From positions 192,001 to 256,000 of the forward strand of contig CAVYIM010000007.1 of the NCBI GenBank assembly GCA_963768655.1: a stretch of DNA of 64,000 nt, written 5' to 3'. Both the position numbers and the translations under genes were made by a program. Origin of the DNA: an uncultured Chloroflexia bacterium. Lineage in GTDB: Bacteria > Chloroflexota > Limnocylindria > Limnocylindrales > CSP1-4. Each line of letters opens with the position of its first letter. Position 1 is the first letter of the stretch. Of the stretch, positions 59,068 to 64,000 are shown in pieces. Below the pieces are notes generated by a model. That model had not been told where the DNA came from. It made no database searches and saw only the letters and a list, made by a program, of their open reading frames with translations.

Positions 59068-60432
59068 TCAAGGCGCCCCTCGCGACGAACGTCGGTGCGA
59101 AACGGCGACTGCTACCAGGATCAGGCCCACGAGAACGACCGCTGCGGCCGCAATCGCGTAGGCGGCGGCCGGGATGCCATGTTGCGAACCGGCGCCCGCG
59201 GCACCGGGGCTCGCGGGGGCGCCGGGCACCGACAGCGGCGTTCGAGCTGAAGTGAATCCGGCTGCCCCGGTCGTGGTCCAGTCGGACGGGACCGGGCCGG
59301 TTGGCTCCGGCTGCGGGCCGAATGAACTGACAGGTGTGGCGCCGTTGTCCTTCTGCCAGGCCTGGTCGAACGCCTCGGTGTCGATGCCGATGGCCGTCTT
59401 GAACGCGTCATCGTCCGACACGCCCGTGCCGTAGGTCTTGACGAGCCTGTCCAGGTCGGCCTGGCCGTAAGTCCGCATGAAGTAGTCCACTGCCGACACC
59501 AATTCGGCATAGGCCAGGTAGAACCCCTGCTGGCTCGTCGGGAACTCGCCCCGGAGGGCCGCGAGCGGCATCAGGCTGCCGTCGGAAGCAGCCTGGGCGA
59601 CCAGTTGCTTGTCCGAGCTGTCGTATCCCTGCGAAACGTATACGGCGATGCCCTCGTTGAGCCAGCGCGGAGGGTCGTGATAGGGGTTTCCGGTGATATC
59701 CGCGAACACCACGTGCGTCAGCTCGTGGGGCACAACCGTCGAGGCGTACGAGAGATCGCCGGGCGCGATCAGGGCGAAGAGCGTCCTCGTGTCCGGATTG
59801 GCCTCGCCACCCACGTTGTCCCGCGTGGCCGGACCCAGAGCGTCGTAGAAGGGCGTCTGGTCGGCGTAGACGTAGAAGTCGATGGGGGCGGTTTCGTCGT
59901 AGCCCAGGAAAGCGGACGCTTTGGCTATCCCGTCCTCGCCCATCTGCAATGCCTGCTGGGCGAACGTGTCGTCGCCTTCGTACCAATGAAGCCGGACGAT
60001 CGTCCCGACCTTGGTCTGCCAGTCGAACCTGTCGTCCTGGTAGTTGACTTGAACGTCGGGTCCGGTTTCGACCGTGCCGTCCGCCAGGACCACCTGGAAA
60101 TGGGCGGCTAGCTGCGTGTTCGGTTGCATCTCCCCGGACGAAGTGTCGAGTTCGTAGTCGAAGCTGCCCGTCCCCGGGCTCTCGAGCTTGATCACGGAAG
60201 GCCCGTAGTCGCCCGGATAGGTGATGACGATGTCGACCTCGCTGAAGGTTCCGCCGCCGGTATAGGGCTGAGTGAAGTCGATCCCCTTACCGAAAGTGGA
60301 CGTGGCAGTCGGCGTTCCGAACGTGATCGAAGCGCCGAGAACCGACGCCGCGCTGGCGCCGACCGCCGCCGGGGCAAGCACGGCCGCCATGAACGCGACG
60401 CGGACGAGCCTGTAGCGCAGTGACAGCTTCAT
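59068..60432 (-). CDS. Peptidase MA family membrane-anchored metallopeptidase
   Basis: HELTH, PRWLNEGIAVY, signal peptide, C-terminal TM. Confidence 0.85.
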   Translation of the reverse strand: MKLSLRYRLVRVAFMAAVLAPAAVGASAASVLGASITFGTPTATSTFGKGIDFTQPYTGGGTFSEVDIVITYPGDYGPSVIKLESPGTGSFDYELDTSSGEMQPNTQLAAHFQVVLADGTVETGPDVQVNYQDDRFDWQTKVGTIVRLHWYEGDDTFAQQALQMGEDGIAKASAFLGYDETAPIDFYVYADQTPFYDALGPATRDNVGGEANPDTRTLFALIAPGDLSYASTVVPHELTHVVFADITGNPYHDPPRWLNEGIAVYVSQGYDSSDKQLVAQAASDGSLMPLAALRGEFPTSQQGFYLAYAELVSAVDYFMRTYGQADLDRLVKTYGTGVSDDDAFKTAIGIDTEAFDQAWQKDNGATPVSSFGPQPEPTGPVPSDWTTTGAAGFTSARTPLSVPGAPASPGAAGAGSQHGIPAAAYAIAAAAVVLVGLILVAVAVSHRRSSRGAP

Positions 60433-62114
60433 GAGCCGCTCGCCCAGGCCAGGCTGGCGTAGCGCATCAGGCCCTGGCCGTTCGTGACGGCCCCCAGAAG
60501 ACCCGCTTTCGCCAGCGAATAGCCCCCGTCGTAGTCGACCGGAATCACGGGCGCCTGGTCGAGCACGACCGCCTGTGCCCGATCCAGCGCTTGCTGCATC
60601 GATGCCTGATCGCCGGCGGCCAGCGCCTGGCTGATGGCGGTGTCGAAGTCGGTCGAGCTCCACCTCCCGTAGTTGTTCGGCTGCCCGGTCCCGAGGAGAA
60701 GTCCGAGGAAATCGTCGGCTCCGGGATAGTCCGCCTCCCAGTCCATCTCCCAGAAGGCCGGCGGGTCGTTCACGAGCTGCGCGTAGTAGGACTGGAAGTC
60801 GCGGGTTTCATAACCGATATCGATCCCCAAGTTGTCATGGAGCTGGCGCACGATGGCTTCGTCCAGCGGGGCGCCGGCGGTGACCAGCGTTATCTTCGGA
60901 AAGCCCACTCCGTTCGGGTACCCCGCCGTGGCGAGCTCGGCCTTCGCCTGATCGAGATTGAAGACCGGCCCAAAATCGGTGGCGCTATGCCCGGGAACGT
61001 CGGGCGGGACCATCCCCGTCGCCGGCTCCATCAGCGGGTCGGCTTGCAGGCCGACGATGCCTCGCCAGTCGATCCCCATCTGGAATGCTAGCCGGACATG
61101 GACATCCGAGAATGGCGGCCGCGACGTGTCGAAGCCGTAGAACTCGACGGAAGGCGACGGATCGACGTGCAGCAACGGCCCGAGCGTCTGGTCGTACGCG
61201 ATCCACGACGCGTCGTCATAGGTGATCGGCGTGTAATCGAGCTTGCCGCTCTCGAAATCGGAGACCGGGCTGTCGCCGCCTATGGAGATCAGCTGGTGGA
61301 CGGTTTCGATGGGAGGCGGACCGGCCCAGTAATGGCTGTTGGCGGTCAACGTTACCTCTGTGTCGGTCAGGCCGGAGAGGACGTATGCACCGCTGCCCAC
61401 GAAGCCGTCAGGCGTCAGCGCGTCCGGGTTGGAATCGATCGACGGCGGGACGACCGCCAGCGTCGGGCTGGCCGCTATCGCGGGGAATTCCGGCGAGGGG
61501 TTCGTGAAGTCGACCTCGACCTGGTCGTCGCCGATCGCAGACAGACCTACCGCCGACTTTGCCCCGCTGCCTTCACGGTACGCACAGGCCCCGACGACAT
61601 CATCGAGGAGCGAGGCGAGCTGGCTCGGCTGAGCAGGATCGAGGACCCGCATCCAGCTCGAGATCACGTTGGCCGCGACGAGGGGCGAGCCGTCCGAGAA
61701 CACCAACCCTGGTCGGAGGTCGAAGACGAGTTTCTTGCCGGCATTCGAGGTCTGCCAGCTGTCGGCAAGGGCAGGCTGGACGTGTCCGGCCGTATCGATC
61801 GCAGTCAGTGACTCGAAGAGTTGGGCCACGACCTGGGCGCTGCCCATGTCGGACTGAACCGCCGGGTCGAGCGAGGCAGGCTCGCTCCCGAAGATGGTGA
61901 CCGAGCCGGTCGAGGATCCAGAGGGCCCCAGACTGACCCCAGGGCTGACGCCTCGGCTGGCGCCGGGGCCGGGCCGGCCGGACCCCGTCAGGTAGGTCCC
62001 GCCGGCTATGGCCAGAACGAGCGCGAGCGCGACGCCGATCGCGACCAAGGCGGGGCGGCGCTGGCCGGAACGCGGGGGCGGGGCGGGCCAGGCATACATC
62101 AGCGAACGAGCCAC
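60429..62114 (-). CDS. ABC peptide transporter substrate-binding protein (OppA-like)
   Basis: PASLDPA, LFESL, FSDGSPL, GSGAY, PPFSDVHVRLAF, WEADYP. Confidence 0.9.
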   Translation of the reverse strand: MARSLMYAWPAPPPRSGQRRPALVAIGVALALVLAIAGGTYLTGSGRPGPGASRGVSPGVSLGPSGSSTGSVTIFGSEPASLDPAVQSDMGSAQVVAQLFESLTAIDTAGHVQPALADSWQTSNAGKKLVFDLRPGLVFSDGSPLVAANVISSWMRVLDPAQPSQLASLLDDVVGACAYREGSGAKSAVGLSAIGDDQVEVDFTNPSPEFPAIAASPTLAVVPPSIDSNPDALTPDGFVGSGAYVLSGLTDTEVTLTANSHYWAGPPPIETVHQLISIGGDSPVSDFESGKLDYTPITYDDASWIAYDQTLGPLLHVDPSPSVEFYGFDTSRPPFSDVHVRLAFQMGIDWRGIVGLQADPLMEPATGMVPPDVPGHSATDFGPVFNLDQAKAELATAGYPNGVGFPKITLVTAGAPLDEAIVRQLHDNLGIDIGYETRDFQSYYAQLVNDPPAFWEMDWEADYPGADDFLGLLLGTGQPNNYGRWSSTDFDTAISQALAAGDQASMQQALDRAQAVVLDQAPVIPVDYDGGYSLAKAGLLGAVTNGQGLMRYASLAWASGS

Positions 62115-62400
62115 CAGGCGAGGAAAGTGCCGTCACGGCCATCCACCTGGAGCGGCCTCTCGATGGGTACCGGCCGAGGGGGCGGGACCACGCGCCAGAC
62201 GTATCCCTGCCCGCAGAACCGGCCGATCAGGGCTGCGATACAAAGAAAGCGGCGCATCCCGGGAGTATATGCGGACACGCCTTTGTTGCCCTGCTGCTCC
62301 AGGCTTCCCGCGGCCGGCGTCTGGGAATGCGCGGGCGTCAGCTTCTACGCTGCCTTTGCTCGCCAATTCGAGCCGTCACGGCACCGCGGCGTTTCCTTCC

Positions 62401-64000
62401 CTAACGTCCGTCCCGCAGCGCGGGAGCGAGGCGCTGGATTGCGGCTCCGGCCAGCGCAGCCAGGTGGTCCAGCATCCGGAGTCTCTCGGGCGAAACCACC
62501 GCCGCGGCTGGGAGAGCCACCACGATGAGCCCGCAGACCTGGCCGTCGACCGGAATTGGGAGGCTCAGCAGCACGCCGTTCCCGTTGTCGTCCTCAGTCA
62601 GGACGCTGGAGTTGGACCACAGCCGGCCCCAGAAACCCTCGCCGCGATGGATCGACCGCCCGGTCTCCTCGAACCTGCCGAGGCCCGCCAGCTGGCGCAT
62701 GACCTCCGGTTCTACGACAGACGACAAACCCCGCGCGGCGTCTCCGAGGGCCACCAGCCCGTCGCGCGAACCGACGATGGCGGCTGCATGCCGCAGGGTC
62801 ACCAGCGCGACCTCTTCCGCGCCGCCGGCCGTCAGGAGGTCCCTGGCCGCGTCGAGAATCGCCCCCGGGACGGCCTCGGGCGGGCTCTCGGGCACACGTC
62901 CGGCGCCGGCTGCTCGACGTCGCTTCGCTTCGTACAGGGCCGCATCCGCGGCGCTCACCAGCTCGGCCTTGGCGGGTCCGTCCGCAGGCCAGTAGGCGAC
63001 CCCGACAGACGCTCCGAAAGGCAAGTCGGCCCCTCCGATGGGCGAGACTCGGACGGCCTCTCTCACGGCTACGCGAACGCGGCCCGCCACCTCTTCGGCC
63101 TTGGCGCGGCTGGCGCCGACCAGGAGCAGGGCGAACTCGTCGCCGCCGTATCGATACGCCCGGTCGTTCTGTCGCGTGGCCCCTACGATCGCCCTGGCTA
63201 CCGTCTGGAGGAGCGCGTCGCCGGCCGGGTGGCCGTAGGTGTCGTTGAATGCCTTGAACGAGTCCAGGTCCATCATCAGTAGCGAGAACGGCTTGCCGGC
63301 GTCGACGAGCCCATCCAGGTCGCGCTGGAATGTGCCGTGATTGCGAAGTCCGGTCAGGGCGTCGAGGTCCGCGCGTGTCGACACGGTCACGTGGGTCTCG
63401 GCGTTCTGAAGAGCGATCGAGGCCTGACCGGCGAACAGCTTGCTCAATTCGAACTCCGGCTCGCTGAAATGGGCCTCCGCGCCCCCCACGCGGGCCAGGT
63501 TCAGGCTCCCGACGACATCGCCGTGAACACGCAGCGGGACCACGATGACGTTCTGCGAGACGCGGTCGCCCGCCTGCCCGGCCGTCGCTGCCTCCCGGTC
63601 GCGCCGGCTCCCATCCGTGGCCGCACTCGTCGATCGAGTCGCGTCGCTCTGCAGAGTGCCCTGGAGCGCTCCCGCCAGAACGCCCTCGGCTATGTCGTTG
63701 GCGCAGACGGCGTCACCCCGACCGATGACCCAGCTCGTGAGACCCTCGTCCAGGGCGTGGCGAGATTGGCCGGCGACTGCTTCCGCCCCCGAGTCGCCGC
63801 GCGTCAGGACCACCTCGATGCCACCGGATTCGCGGTCGTGCCTGTAGATCGTCAGGCGATCGTAGTGGACGACGCTGCCGATGGTGTCCGCTATCTGTTC
63901 GAGCACCTGGCGCGGCTCCAGGGTCGACACCAACTGCTCGCTTACATCCAGCAGCCTGCGCTCCCCGGCGAGCTGGCGTTCCAGAGCTGTCTGCTGGTGT
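62401..64000 (-). CDS. GAF-GGDEF-GAF diguanylate cyclase (5' end outside window)
   Basis: DALTGLRN, DLDSFKAFNDTYGHPAGD, I-site RQND, GGDEF; frame is open to the window edge. Confidence 0.9.
   Translation of the reverse strand, partial: HQQTALERQLAGERRLLDVSEQLVSTLEPRQVLEQIADTIGSVVHYDRLTIYRHDRESGGIEVVLTRGDSGAEAVAGQSRHALDEGLTSWVIGRGDAVCANDIAEGVLAGALQGTLQSDATRSTSAATDGSRRDREAATAGQAGDRVSQNVIVVPLRVHGDVVGSLNLARVGGAEAHFSEPEFELSKLFAGQASIALQNAETHVTVSTRADLDALTGLRNHGTFQRDLDGLVDAGKPFSLLMMDLDSFKAFNDTYGHPAGDALLQTVARAIVGATRQNDRAYRYGGDEFALLLVGASRAKAEEVAGRVRVAVREAVRVSPIGGADLPFGASVGVAYWPADGPAKAELVSAADAALYEAKRRRAAGAGRVPESPPEAVPGAILDAARDLLTAGGAEEVALVTLRHAAAIVGSRDGLVALGDAARGLSSVVEPEVMRQLAGLGRFEETGRSIHRGEGFWGRLWSNSSVLTEDDNGNGVLLSLPIPVDGQVCGLIVVALPAAAVVSPERLRMLDHLAALAGAAIQRLAPALRDGR

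Overview
High-GC bacterial chromosome segment. Gene content, GAAC-N4-GTTC LexA boxes and T-boxes suggest a Chloroflexota-type organism (inference). Positions 1-5.3 kb are a decaying accessory zone: a DDAH-like 5' end, two broken toxin-antitoxin pairs, VOC, DHFR-like and internally deleted TIM-barrel genes, ending at a dif-like XerCD site (5166-5193). The rest is mostly minus-strand core genes: hflX, miaA, miaB, ymdB-like, rny, recX, recA, tgt, ruvCAB, yebC, fusA2, his operon with divergent hisA, tyrS, PBP1A/murJ/FemAB, mutS2, mpg, cvpA, pheST, infC-rpmI-rplT, thrS, tRNA-Val, followed by an envelope/secreted-protein block. Top finding: two homologous unannotated transcription units 1371 bp apart flank a GT2 gene. 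Each has a LexA box, two DnaA-box-like motifs and a -10 element at identical spacings, followed by a rod-shaped RNA (82 nt and 274 nt) with a compensatory change in a shared 13-bp closing stem. Also notable: a secreted clan-CD protease/PepSY-like/beta-propeller module, a mini-island bounded by a 5'-half tRNA-Val duplication, and a possibly queuine-specific TGT. Several single-base frameshifts in conserved genes may be sequencing errors.
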